Positions 29,079-38,513 of a stretch of 64,000 bases of DNA are shown piece after piece; the stretch's first letter is position 1, and each line of letters opens with the position of its first letter. Source of the DNA: Candidatus Woesebacteria bacterium (GTDB lineage: Bacteria > Patescibacteriota > Microgenomatia > UBA8517). The notes under the pieces were generated by a model. It ran no database searches and had not been told where the DNA came from. It was given only the letters and a program-made list of their open reading frames with translations. The stretch covers positions 500,790-564,789 of the forward strand of contig OY970314.1 of the NCBI GenBank assembly GCA_963716475.1. Reading direction: 5' to 3'. Position numbers and translations under genes: made by a program.

Positions 29079-29809
29079 ATATAACTTACGAACTTCTTCA
29101 AAAAATTAAGGGTGTATTTAGATACCTTGGATTAGAAATTAGTTTTTACAATCCCTCCGGTGTGTTTATTAACCAATTTATGACAGCGTTAAAATACAAC
29201 AAAATAGATTTAATCATCGATGTGGGTGCCAACGAGGGTCAATTCGCCTTAGAATCAATACACGCTGGTTACAATGGAAGTATTATTTCAATCGAGCCCC
29301 TCACTGGCGCCTATGGAAACCTGTTAAAAAATTCAAAAAAATATAAAAATTGGATAGTATTTCCCAGAATGGCTGTCGGTGACAAAAATCATTTAACCTA
29401 TATTAATGTTTCCCAAAACTCAGTAAGCAGTTCGATATTGGATATGACACCAAGACACCTCAATTCGGCTCCAGATTCCAAATACGTAAAGAGGGAGAAA
29501 GTAAAAGTTTTTCAATTGGACAACTTTATTAATAAGTTTAAAGAATATGAATATATTTTACTCAAAATAGACGCACAGGGTTACGAAAGTTTTGTTTTGA
29601 AAGGGGCTAAGAAATTATTATTATCAAAAAATTTAAAGGGTATATTTATAGAGGTCTCTTTTTCAGAATTGTATAAAAACCAGAAAATGTTCGACTATTT
29701 TTACAAGGAATTAAAAAATAAAGGATTTAATATATGGGCACTAGAAGACGAATTAATCGAAAAATCTACCGGTAAGTTACTCCAAGCCAACCTATTTGCC
29801 TTCAAATAA
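29075..29809 (+). CDS. FkbM-family methyltransferase
   Basis: 244 aa. IDVGANEGQFALE...LLKIDAQGYESFVLKGAKKLL is a canonical FkbM signature. 4-bp overlap with the upstream methyltransferase. Confidence 0.8.
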   Translation: MNITYELLQKIKGVFRYLGLEISFYNPSGVFINQFMTALKYNKIDLIIDVGANEGQFALESIHAGYNGSIISIEPLTGAYGNLLKNSKKYKNWIVFPRMAVGDKNHLTYINVSQNSVSSSILDMTPRHLNSAPDSKYVKREKVKVFQLDNFINKFKEYEYILLKIDAQGYESFVLKGAKKLLLSKNLKGIFIEVSFSELYKNQKMFDYFYKELKNKGFNIWALEDELIEKSTGKLLQANLFAFK

Positions 29810-30575
29810 ATTTTCTCAAAAAATTAAGTTTATGAACAAGTAATAACGGGGAAATAATTAATTTATTTTTAACGTATTTTTTCAAAATCTTAGGGTGTTC
29901 GGACTTGGCGACGTCGGATTCGCCCATGGAACCCTCATTTACCCTAAAACGAGAAATAAGTTGGTTTAAAAAATAAAAATTAACCTTATTTTTAGTTAAC
30001 CTAATCCACATTTCATAATCCATTGAGCTTTTCAATTTTTCGTCAAAATAACCATATTTGTCGAAAACCGTTTTTCGAGTAAAAACAGTTTGATGAGGAA
30101 TATAATTTGTGAGTAACAATAACCAGTAACGAGCCTTTTTATAAATTCCTCTGTGAGGAATAACCCTCTTTATTTTCCTATTTTCATCCTTAAAAAATAT
30201 AGCTTTGCCATATAATACTTCTGCCTCTTTCTTATTTTTAAGGAATATATAAACTTTCTCCAATACTTTCTTGTTGTAAAAATAATCATCACCATTAAGA
30301 AAAACTATCCATTTTCCCCTAGTTTTTAATATCCCCCTGTTGAATGCATTCGAAATCCCATTGGCTGGAAACTGGAAAAGTCTCACTCTTCCGCCGTTTC
30401 TCTTTTGATAAAACTTTATTATTTTTATAGTATTATCTGAAGAAAAACCATCAATAAATATATGTTCATAATTTTCAAAGGTTTGATTTTCAACAGAAGT
30501 TATATTTTTTTGCAAGTACCTTTCTGAATTCTTTGTACAGGTAATAACACTAATAAAAGGTTCAGTTTTTTGCAT
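29802..30575 (-). CDS. glycosyltransferase family 2
   Basis: 257 aa. ISVITCTKNSERYLQKNITSVENQTFENYEHIFIDGFSSDNT...LNGDD. Confidence 0.8.
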   Translation of the reverse strand: MQKTEPFISVITCTKNSERYLQKNITSVENQTFENYEHIFIDGFSSDNTIKIIKFYQKRNGGRVRLFQFPANGISNAFNRGILKTRGKWIVFLNGDDYFYNKKVLEKVYIFLKNKKEAEVLYGKAIFFKDENRKIKRVIPHRGIYKKARYWLLLLTNYIPHQTVFTRKTVFDKYGYFDEKLKSSMDYEMWIRLTKNKVNFYFLNQLISRFRVNEGSMGESDVAKSEHPKILKKYVKNKLIISPLLLVHKLNFLRKFI

Positions 30576-30601
30576 AATACTCGTTTACTACATTGAGCTT
30601 T

Positions 30602-31717
30602 TTACCGTAAAGTTCTTTTCACGGTAGCATATATTATTTCTGCACTATTTCGGGGCGTCTGCGACTCAATTATTTTACTAGAAGCTTTTCCCATTCGTTC
30701 CATCAAACTGGCAGAACTTAATATACGTAATATTTTATTAGACAGATCACGTACTGATCCCGACTTAAACACATATCCATTCACACCGTTTTGGACCAAA
30801 TCCGGCGCACAGCCAGCATTGTTTGAAACTACAATCGGCAAACCAGATGCCATAGCCTCATTTACAACTAAACCCCAAACATCTTCTCTCGAAGGTAAAA
30901 CAAACAGGTTTGCTTCCGAAAAAAACTTTCCAATTTTATAATCACCAGGATCTTCTACAAAATTTACGTTCTTGCCTATTCCAAGTTTACTAACTAATTC
31001 AATAAGATAATTTTTAAAAAATCCAGATCCAACAATTGACAATCTAATATTACTTATTCTTTTTTGAATTGATGCGAAAGCTTTTATTAATATATCAACA
31101 CCTTTTCTTTCGATTATTTGCCCGTAATACATAATAACTTTTTCCTTTTTCTGGTTATATTTTTTGGGGTATCTTCTGTATCTATCTAAATCAGTTGTGT
31201 GCTTATAAATGAATATCTTATCCTGCCTTGCACCCAACATTTCCAAATATTCTTTGGCTCTTATTCCGTAAGCAATATATGCATCCGAACCTTTAACAAT
31301 TGATCTAACTAAAGGCAGGCTAATAGTTCTTCTCCAACTATTTTCGTATCTGGTACTTCCAGACCAGAGAATAACTTTAATACCTCTTAGCTTACAGTAG
31401 AAAAAAACTACTTGGTAAGAAAAGATATCCCATCCGGAAATTATTACTACTTCTGGTTTAATTATTCGAAACTCTTTTAAAATTGTAAAGTTTATAAAAT
31501 ATGTAAACAAATCCTTTCCGCGAAATTTAATAGAAATATTTGGAAGAACCTTATATTTAAAACCGGAGGGGCTATCTTTCCAGTTTCTGTTCTCCTCATC
31601 CTGAGAACAATAAATAACATCTAAATCAACCAGTTTGGATAATTCTTTAAAAAGTAATGTCGTATGTGGAGAAACGACATTGTGAATCACAAGAACCTTA
31701 ACCTTATCCTTTACCAT
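30602..31717 (-). CDS. glycosyltransferase family 4
   Basis: 371 aa. LFVLPSREDVWGLVVNEAMASGLPIVVSNNAG. Confidence 0.8.
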   Translation of the reverse strand: MVKDKVKVLVIHNVVSPHTTLLFKELSKLVDLDVIYCSQDEENRNWKDSPSGFKYKVLPNISIKFRGKDLFTYFINFTILKEFRIIKPEVVIISGWDIFSYQVVFFYCKLRGIKVILWSGSTRYENSWRRTISLPLVRSIVKGSDAYIAYGIRAKEYLEMLGARQDKIFIYKHTTDLDRYRRYPKKYNQKKEKVIMYYGQIIERKGVDILIKAFASIQKRISNIRLSIVGSGFFKNYLIELVSKLGIGKNVNFVEDPGDYKIGKFFSEANLFVLPSREDVWGLVVNEAMASGLPIVVSNNAGCAPDLVQNGVNGYVFKSGSVRDLSNKILRILSSASLMERMGKASSKIIESQTPRNSAEIIYATVKRTLR

Positions 31718-32540
31718 TTTTATTCTTTCTTAGAACAAATAAAACATTGTTTTTAGTATCTATTTTTTTACTAATTCGCAAGGTCAGTTTAGCAAAAATT
31801 GGGAACAGCAGTCCGAAAAACGCGGATACGGGTAGAAAGAAAGTATAAATATTAGTAATGATGGGAAACCTTTCATTACATATAAGTTTTGCTTCTAACT
31901 TAAGTCCTGTGGGTATTAATAATCTTTCTTTAAGTGTTTTAGGGCTATATATTCTTGAAAGAAAAACAGGTTTATCCCCATCATATTTGTTTCCATAGGC
32001 ATCTCTTTTTACCCAAATTTCTTTATATTCTTTCCCAAAGGGCGTGGTAATTACAATCTTACCTCCGGGTTTGAGAACCCTACACATTTCTTTAATGCAT
32101 ATTGTGTCTCCATGGCTTTCAATATGTTCTATTACGGATATACTGTATATTTTATCGAAAAAATTATTCCTAAAAGGTAATTTCGTACCGTCAACTGTTA
32201 ATAATTTCAACCTCTTTGAAAGTGTTGAGTTGCCTAAATTATTTTTTATATTTTTCCACTCAAGTATCTCTTTATTCCAAACATCGGTTGCGTAAACATT
32301 GGACTTATATCTTTCTGAAATGTAAAAACTCAACAGTTTCGGACTGGATATATCCAGGATGCTTTCATCTACCTTGGGATTGATATGCTGAAAGGTTGCA
32401 GGAATTTCGAAATATCTTGCTATGTCCATAGGTATAATTATTCGTTTTAAGGCTTCTTTACTAACTCTAAAATTTCCACTTAGGTAATACCTTAATCCCA
32501 AATTAATACTGTAGATGTAAAATTTATACCAAGTATTCAC
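31704..32540 (-). CDS. class I SAM-dependent methyltransferase (Methyltransf_11-like)
   Basis: 278 aa. ...VYATDVWNK...FDKIYSISVIEHIE...VLKPGGKIVITTP (motifs II/III and post-III). Confidence 0.55.
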   Translation of the reverse strand: MNTWYKFYIYSINLGLRYYLSGNFRVSKEALKRIIIPMDIARYFEIPATFQHINPKVDESILDISSPKLLSFYISERYKSNVYATDVWNKEILEWKNIKNNLGNSTLSKRLKLLTVDGTKLPFRNNFFDKIYSISVIEHIESHGDTICIKEMCRVLKPGGKIVITTPFGKEYKEIWVKRDAYGNKYDGDKPVFLSRIYSPKTLKERLLIPTGLKLEAKLICNERFPIITNIYTFFLPVSAFFGLLFPIFAKLTLRISKKIDTKNNVLFVLRKNKNGKG

Positions 32541-33241
32541 TTCTTTATAGATTTGATAATAATATCACTTGAGAATAAAGGCAGATGTAATAACTTTATT
32601 TTCCTAAATAATCCGGAGCATGTTGTATTTTTAACTTTAAACCCAAAATTCGAGACAAGATTGGCCAATGATAAAAAAGTGAAATAGTGCAAAATGCCTC
32701 CGTCCCAGGTTTGAAAATGCGCAAATGATGTAAATATTTGTTTACCACATAGGAGTTGGATTCTATATACAATCCAAGCTAAATTAGGAACCTGAATATA
32801 CATTTCCCCACTTTTTTTCAAAATCCTATTGATTTCCCTAAGAGTAAAATATGGATCGTAACTATACTCGAACGCTGAAATCATAACAACCACATCGAAA
32901 TAATTATCTTTAAAAGGAAGTCTTCCATCCATATCTGATGCGATAAAAGTAATATTTTTTCTTTTATTTTTAATGGCGTTAGCTTTTTTAATGCGGGCTT
33001 TGGCAACGTCAATCCCAAAAATTTGTTTAAAATCCAATTCTTCCCTAAAACAAAATCCACCGTCACCGCAACCCACATCCAAAAGCCTCTCTCCCTTTTT
33101 AACCATCTCAATAATAATATCTTCAGGAGAAACGGAATATTTTCTAAAAAAACGAAAGAGTCCGTCAATTAAGACACCATGTGGTGATTTTCTGTTTGTG
33201 TTGGAGTATGGTATCCCCTGATATTTACTTTTATCAAGCAT
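32537..33241 (-). CDS. class I SAM-dependent methyltransferase
   Basis: 234 aa. Motif I LLDVGCGDGGF, motif II FDVVVMISAFEY, and ILKKSGEMYIQVP. Confidence 0.7.
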   Translation of the reverse strand: MLDKSKYQGIPYSNTNRKSPHGVLIDGLFRFFRKYSVSPEDIIIEMVKKGERLLDVGCGDGGFCFREELDFKQIFGIDVAKARIKKANAIKNKRKNITFIASDMDGRLPFKDNYFDVVVMISAFEYSYDPYFTLREINRILKKSGEMYIQVPNLAWIVYRIQLLCGKQIFTSFAHFQTWDGGILHYFTFLSLANLVSNFGFKVKNTTCSGLFRKIKLLHLPLFSSDIIIKSIKK

Positions 33242-33242
33242 A

Positions 33243-34355
33243 TCAGCTCCTTTTTAAAGATATCACTTTAAAGGAGATTTCTTTGATTTGTTTTTCATTC
33301 AAATCATACCCCGATGGTAAATACAACCCATTAATCCCCAGATTTTCAGCAACGGGGCAAGATACACCGTTAAAAAATCCCATCTCCTTAAAAACTGGTT
33401 GAATATTCATTGGGATAAAGAAAGCTCTGGAATCTACTCCAAGATCTAACAACTTTTTCATTACCTGTTCTCTTGTTCGCCCAAACTCTGCGGGTTCAAT
33501 TACGATTCCATACATCCAATACGTACTTTTTGCGTAGGGTTTTTCTACTGGAATTACTATTCCCTTAGTGTTTCCAAGGTATTTGTTATATAACTTTGCA
33601 ATTTGTCTTTTTTTGTTTACGATTGTTTCAATTCTCTCCATTTGGGACACGGCAAGTGCGGCAACAAAATTTGGCATGCGATAATTATACCCAGCAAATC
33701 TATGCAAATACCTAGGTACCTCAAAAGCAAGATTTTTTAATAAATTTACCCTATCAATTATCTTTTTATCATTTGTAAGCACCATTCCACCCTCCCCTGT
33801 GGTAATCGTTTTATTTGCATAAAAACTTAAACATCCAATCGTACTTAAACAACCAACTTTCTTTCCTTTATACTCAGCACCCTGAGCCTCTGCCGCATCC
33901 TCTATAACAAATAGATTATGATTCTTTGCTATTTTAATCAGCGGGTCCATGTCGACGGGGTGTCCGTATATATGAACCGTTAAAATTGCTTTTGTTTTTT
34001 TGGTAACATATTTTTCTATCTGTTTAACATCCATATTCCAAGTATCCGATTCTGAATCAATAGCAACAGGCGTGGCTCCACAGCGAGTAATAGCTAGACA
34101 ACTTGCAATGTTCGTAAACGTCGAAACAAGAACTTCGTCACCTTTTGTAATACCTAGAGACTCTACTGCCAACTGCAATGCAGACGTTCCGCTATTAACT
34201 GCGGAGGCATATTTTACTCCATGGTAATCAGCACAGGCTTTTTCTAGATCTCTTAGGGATTCTCCGTAATTACCGGAGATCTCACCTTTCTTGAGAGCAT
34301 TTGCAACTGAGAGAATATCTTTCTTAGTTATTGTTGGGTTAAATACTGGTATCAT
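33243..34355 (-). CDS. DegT/DnrJ/EryC1/StrS-family PLP-dependent sugar aminotransferase (FdtB/TylB-like)
   Basis: 370 aa. ...SAVNSGTSALQLAVESLGITKGDEVLVSTFTNIAS...; Lys-containing region FYANKTITTGEGG. Confidence 0.85.
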   Translation of the reverse strand: MIPVFNPTITKKDILSVANALKKGEISGNYGESLRDLEKACADYHGVKYASAVNSGTSALQLAVESLGITKGDEVLVSTFTNIASCLAITRCGATPVAIDSESDTWNMDVKQIEKYVTKKTKAILTVHIYGHPVDMDPLIKIAKNHNLFVIEDAAEAQGAEYKGKKVGCLSTIGCLSFYANKTITTGEGGMVLTNDKKIIDRVNLLKNLAFEVPRYLHRFAGYNYRMPNFVAALAVSQMERIETIVNKKRQIAKLYNKYLGNTKGIVIPVEKPYAKSTYWMYGIVIEPAEFGRTREQVMKKLLDLGVDSRAFFIPMNIQPVFKEMGFFNGVSCPVAENLGINGLYLPSGYDLNEKQIKEISFKVISLKRS

Positions 34356-34759
34356 TTTGTTGTCACATCTATTTTATCATTGGTATCACCGAAAAAGGGG
34401 CCTTGCTTTACTGAGACTGCCTTGCACGCCTTAATTATCTTTACACTATGCGTTCCTCTTATAATTAGAATGCTATCTCCTTTTTTGATTGTTTTTGCCT
34501 GTGCAAAGACGCCCTTTTTGTCAAAAAACTCAACCCTCATAATTCCTTTCGTGATATATAAGAATTGTTCAACACGATCAATCTTTCTTTCTACAGTCTT
34601 ATGGTAATGGGGTGCTTCTACAAAAGATGTTCCTCTTTTAAAAATGGCAACTTGCAAATTTAGGTCGTCTGGAGAGAGAAAGGTTGACGACTTTACGTCA
34701 GCCGTGTTTCTAACTACAAGGGCACAGAGATCGTTATCGACAATTATCTTTTCTAACAT
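34352..34759 (-). CDS. WxcM/FdtA-like cupin: NDP-4-keto-6-deoxyhexose 3,4-ketoisomerase
   Basis: 135 aa cupin. GTSFVEAPHYHKTVERKIDRVEQFLYITKGIMRVEFFD...IIRGTHS. 4-bp overlap with the aminotransferase. Confidence 0.6.
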   Translation of the reverse strand: MLEKIIVDNDLCALVVRNTADVKSSTFLSPDDLNLQVAIFKRGTSFVEAPHYHKTVERKIDRVEQFLYITKGIMRVEFFDKKGVFAQAKTIKKGDSILIIRGTHSVKIIKACKAVSVKQGPFFGDTNDKIDVTTK

Positions 34760-34773
34760 AGATTTTTCGGCAA

Positions 34774-35946
34774 TTATATACTTTTAAAGGCAAGTTGAAA
34801 ACTCTCCCTAACCACCTTGTTTGTGTAATAATTGGCTATCCTTTTTCGAGCTTCAAACCCCATTTTCCGAGCCAATTTTTCATCTTCTAAAAGATTAATT
34901 ATAGAGTTAACCAACTTCTTCTTATCGTTAGAGTTGAATAAATATCCGGATACACCATCTTCCACCTCCTCAGTCGAATTTGATGTCCTAACTACCGGAG
35001 TTTGACATGACATAACTTCTAGAACAAAATAACTACACGAACCCGCACCGTCCCCCACCCCTGCATAAACTGCACACCTTGCCAAAGAATATACTGCCGC
35101 TAGGTCCTTGTTTTCAACAAACCCCAATATTTTAATATTATGTGAGATTCCTTGTCTTTTAGCATACTCCAAAAGTCTATTTCTATTTTTACTTATATCG
35201 AGTGGGGATATTATTAAAAGTAATGCGTTTGGAATTTTTTTAACAACTTCTCTAAAACCACTCATTATAAAGGGTGTTCGTTTAAGAGGTGTTAAGTCGG
35301 TACTGTGCAGAACTACTAACTTATTATTATATTCTAATTCTAATAATCTACTTCTTACCCTGCTAAACTTTTTTGTATCAACAATTAGGTAGGAAGGTAT
35401 AGATTTCTTTCCATATACTTTTGCTATCCACTTGGATACATCTTTATTTACAGTCATTATTACTTTTGATACCTTAGTAAAATGAATGTCTAACCCACCG
35501 TAAAGAATACTGGCAATCTTCATTAGTATTTTAATAATAAACGGTTGTCCGTTAATCATTTTTTTGTCATGGAAAAAAGCAAACGGCTCAAAAACAAATT
35601 GGATGTGATTTTTGGGGCTAATAACATTGCCAAGTATATTCATTGGAAACATACTCGTAACAATTCTGTAATACCTAGGCAAAACTCTTCTAAGTATAAA
35701 TATCTCCTTTAGAAGAATAATCGGAAATATAACCCAGTAAATTATTCTATTTGTCGAAAATTGAGCGATCTTAACAATCTTAATTCCTAACTTATCAAAA
35801 TCATTCTTTATCTCATCATTATAATCCTCAGTGAAAATGGTAACGTCATAAATATTAGATAGATCTTTTAAAACGGCTAGTATATATTTAGTTCCGCCAG
35901 TCCAATAACAAAAGTGCGGATGCAACCATGCAATTTTTAATCTCAT
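34774..35946 (-). CDS. glycosyltransferase family 4-like (GT-B)
   Basis: 390 aa. The C-terminal domain AVYAGVGDGAGSCSYFVLEVMSCQTPVVRTSN has GT-B donor-site topology. Confidence 0.65.
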   Translation of the reverse strand: MRLKIAWLHPHFCYWTGGTKYILAVLKDLSNIYDVTIFTEDYNDEIKNDFDKLGIKIVKIAQFSTNRIIYWVIFPIILLKEIFILRRVLPRYYRIVTSMFPMNILGNVISPKNHIQFVFEPFAFFHDKKMINGQPFIIKILMKIASILYGGLDIHFTKVSKVIMTVNKDVSKWIAKVYGKKSIPSYLIVDTKKFSRVRSRLLELEYNNKLVVLHSTDLTPLKRTPFIMSGFREVVKKIPNALLLIISPLDISKNRNRLLEYAKRQGISHNIKILGFVENKDLAAVYSLARCAVYAGVGDGAGSCSYFVLEVMSCQTPVVRTSNSTEEVEDGVSGYLFNSNDKKKLVNSIINLLEDEKLARKMGFEARKRIANYYTNKVVRESFQLAFKSI

Positions 35947-36006
35947 TTGTTTTTACTGCTAGTTTCTTAATTTATTTTTTAAATATAGTCTCACTTTAAT
36001 AATTTC

Positions 36007-37371
36007 TTATCTATGTTGAAATTTTACCCAAAAATCATAAAATACTGAAAAGGCAGTAGTAAAAACCAAAACTCTCCAAAAAATACTAAATCTATCTAAA
36101 TTACCCACAAGGGCCAAAAAGTCTGTGTGAGATGATATGATTCTGTAATACAGCGTTCCTCCAAAAAACATTAAAAGATAGAAGCAACAAAAAAATATTA
36201 AGAAAAAGGTCTCTCTTTTGAGCCTAAATCGCGTTAAAAACCCAAATGTAACTAAAGACACGATTGGTATTATCATCTCCAATATTATAGTCCTGCAAAC
36301 CAAAACAACCGGATCTATTAGCGTTTTCAAACTAAAATTATTCAAGGAAGAAAAAGTCTTACCGATAAAATCAAGCTGTGATAAATACGCATTATTATTA
36401 ACCAAATTATAAGATGCTATATACTTTGTGGATACGAAACCTACAAAAAAATTGAAAATAAAAAACAAGAATACTTCTTTCAGAAACTTCCTTTTAATTA
36501 AAGAGTAGATAAACAAAAAAAGGAAAACGAAAATCCAAACCGGCTCATTTCGTGTAAATCTCGAAAACGCAAATAACAAACCGGACAAAATTAAATAACT
36601 GAATTTCTTTTTAGACATCCAATTTATCAAATAGAAAGTAGCTATAACCAAATAAGTTGACTGAATCAAATCCGTTAATGCGTATAAAGACTGTTCGTAA
36701 AATAATGGATAAAAAGAAACTAAAAAAGCTAAAGACAAAGATAATTTTCTGTTTAAGATTTTTCGACTAAAGGCGTAAACGCACAGAACTAAAGAAGAAA
36801 AAATCAAGGAATAAATAAATTGAGGGTTAAGACTCCCCGCTATATAGAAAATAGCATGAAGAATGGATGTTAATAAAGGATAAGAAATATCATAAAAGGA
36901 TTGTGACGGGAAAAATATACTTTGACTTAAAACCATCAGTTTGGCTCTGTAATCATAAAGTTGTACAGCATCCCACATCCAAACCGGCCAGTATAAAGTC
37001 CTGATTAAAGATGTCAGAAGAAAGAAGGCAATTCCTCCAATAAGGATTCTGTCAAATAAATCAAGACTTTTTATTTTTTTATGGAGAGAATGCCATTCAA
37101 GATTAATCGAATTTTTGAAGAACACCTTATTTAATATTATTAAAAATAGATTAGATAGAGTCAAAAATAGAAAAACATATAAATAATTAAGTTTAAATCC
37201 CAGAAAACTAAGCAAAAACATACCAAACGTTGAAAACCCTATTCCAAGAATTAATCCCGATGATAAAATTTCTATACCGCTAAACTTAAGACGGAACAAT
37301 CTTAAAAAATTAACACCCAGATAGAGAATTAGAAATACAAAAAATATCTGTTTCAAAATATTTATTATCAT
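36007..37371 (-). CDS. polytopic membrane protein, possible GT-C transferase or repeat-unit polymerase (hypothetical)
   Basis: 454 aa, at least 12 TM. Loop YWPVWMWDAVQLYDYRAKL. Extremely AT-rich. Confidence 0.4.
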   Translation of the reverse strand: MIINILKQIFFVFLILYLGVNFLRLFRLKFSGIEILSSGLILGIGFSTFGMFLLSFLGFKLNYLYVFLFLTLSNLFLIILNKVFFKNSINLEWHSLHKKIKSLDLFDRILIGGIAFFLLTSLIRTLYWPVWMWDAVQLYDYRAKLMVLSQSIFFPSQSFYDISYPLLTSILHAIFYIAGSLNPQFIYSLIFSSLVLCVYAFSRKILNRKLSLSLAFLVSFYPLFYEQSLYALTDLIQSTYLVIATFYLINWMSKKKFSYLILSGLLFAFSRFTRNEPVWIFVFLFLFIYSLIKRKFLKEVFLFFIFNFFVGFVSTKYIASYNLVNNNAYLSQLDFIGKTFSSLNNFSLKTLIDPVVLVCRTIILEMIIPIVSLVTFGFLTRFRLKRETFFLIFFCCFYLLMFFGGTLYYRIISSHTDFLALVGNLDRFSIFWRVLVFTTAFSVFYDFWVKFQHR

Positions 37372-38513
37372 TTATCCATTTTAATAATCCCCCAAACGTC
37401 TTTCTCCTTAAAATCTTTAGGATTATATCCCGAATGCAATAATTCCTTTACATAATTACCATCCTCTTGCCTTTCAAGAAAAATTACCTCTTCTGATTTT
37501 ATAGTAAAATCCGGCCATATATAGTCTTTTTGATACTGAGTGTCATATATGGGATGCAGGAAACCTTTTGCTAAAAGAATGTAGTCAAAATCATTTATAT
37601 TAATTCCAGAGTAATAATTTGTTAATTTTCTGTTACCCAAAAATGGTCTGTAATACCTCGAGTCCGCATCAACAGTATGTGGAGAGGCATCTTCGGGCAA
37701 AAGAATGGAAGATCCATCAGGCGTATTATCTTTCACTAAAGTAACAATGTCATACAAAACACCCCACTTGGCTTGCATTTTTTGATCATAAGTGTAATTG
37801 GGGTGAGCAGAAATATAAACTAGGTCTGTCATTGTGTCATTAAGTGTATTAAAAAAATTAACTACTATATAGCCAAGGGAAAGCGAAAATATACAAATTA
37901 ATATAACTGTTTTTAAATCCCACGATAGGGAAATGCCAGACCTCAAGTTTGAACGTAAGCGTAAACAAATACTTGTACCAAAAGGATTCCATGATCTACG
38001 ACGTGCAGGGAAAGAATATTTTATCTGCGGAGTAGGGTCGTTCTTGTTGTTCTTACCGACAATGAGCAGCTTATTAAATATTTCCTTCGTCTTAGGCGTT
38101 CTGCAAAACTTTAAAATGATTAAAGACAGACTCAAATAAAGAATATTCAAAAAATTTTGCGGTTGAATATGAAATGTCGCAAAAACATAATTTGAGTATT
38201 TGACAATATTTGAAACCAGCATGATCCAATAAAAAATAATTATCGGGAGAATAAGTAAGGAGTTCAGGCTCAATATAAAATTTTCCAAACTTCCAGACCT
38301 ATAATTTTTATCCTTTATCCACAAATATAATAGGAGAATAATTGAAATAATAGAAAAGAATAAGAAAAAGCGAGAGTCAACAAAAATATATTTTTTCAAA
38401 AAGCCTGTATACATATAGGATTCTAAAATCAAAAAGAAAAACGAAAGACTTATTAGATAGGGAAAGATTACTTTGTTTACCTTTAAAATCTCAGCAAAAT
38501 AATTATTTTTCAT
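37368..38513 (-). CDS. membrane protein with 4-5 N-terminal TM and a C-terminal extracytoplasmic domain (hypothetical)
   Basis: 381 aa. Arg-rich cytoplasmic loop (FPARRRSWNPF...RLRSNLRSG); the other frames are closed there, so no frameshift. Confidence 0.4.
   Translation of the reverse strand: MKNNYFAEILKVNKVIFPYLISLSFFFLILESYMYTGFLKKYIFVDSRFFLFFSIISIILLLYLWIKDKNYRSGSLENFILSLNSLLILPIIIFYWIMLVSNIVKYSNYVFATFHIQPQNFLNILYLSLSLIILKFCRTPKTKEIFNKLLIVGKNNKNDPTPQIKYSFPARRRSWNPFGTSICLRLRSNLRSGISLSWDLKTVILICIFSLSLGYIVVNFFNTLNDTMTDLVYISAHPNYTYDQKMQAKWGVLYDIVTLVKDNTPDGSSILLPEDASPHTVDADSRYYRPFLGNRKLTNYYSGININDFDYILLAKGFLHPIYDTQYQKDYIWPDFTIKSEEVIFLERQEDGNYVKELLHSGYNPKDFKEKDVWGIIKMDK

Noticed and set aside
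37921-38060. Possible frameshift in 37368-38513, suggested by an odd Arg-rich segment (FPARRRSWNPF…RLRSNLRSG)
   Set aside because: Both alternative minus-strand frames hit stop codons within a few codons there. The segment is more simply a positively charged cytoplasmic loop (positive-inside rule).
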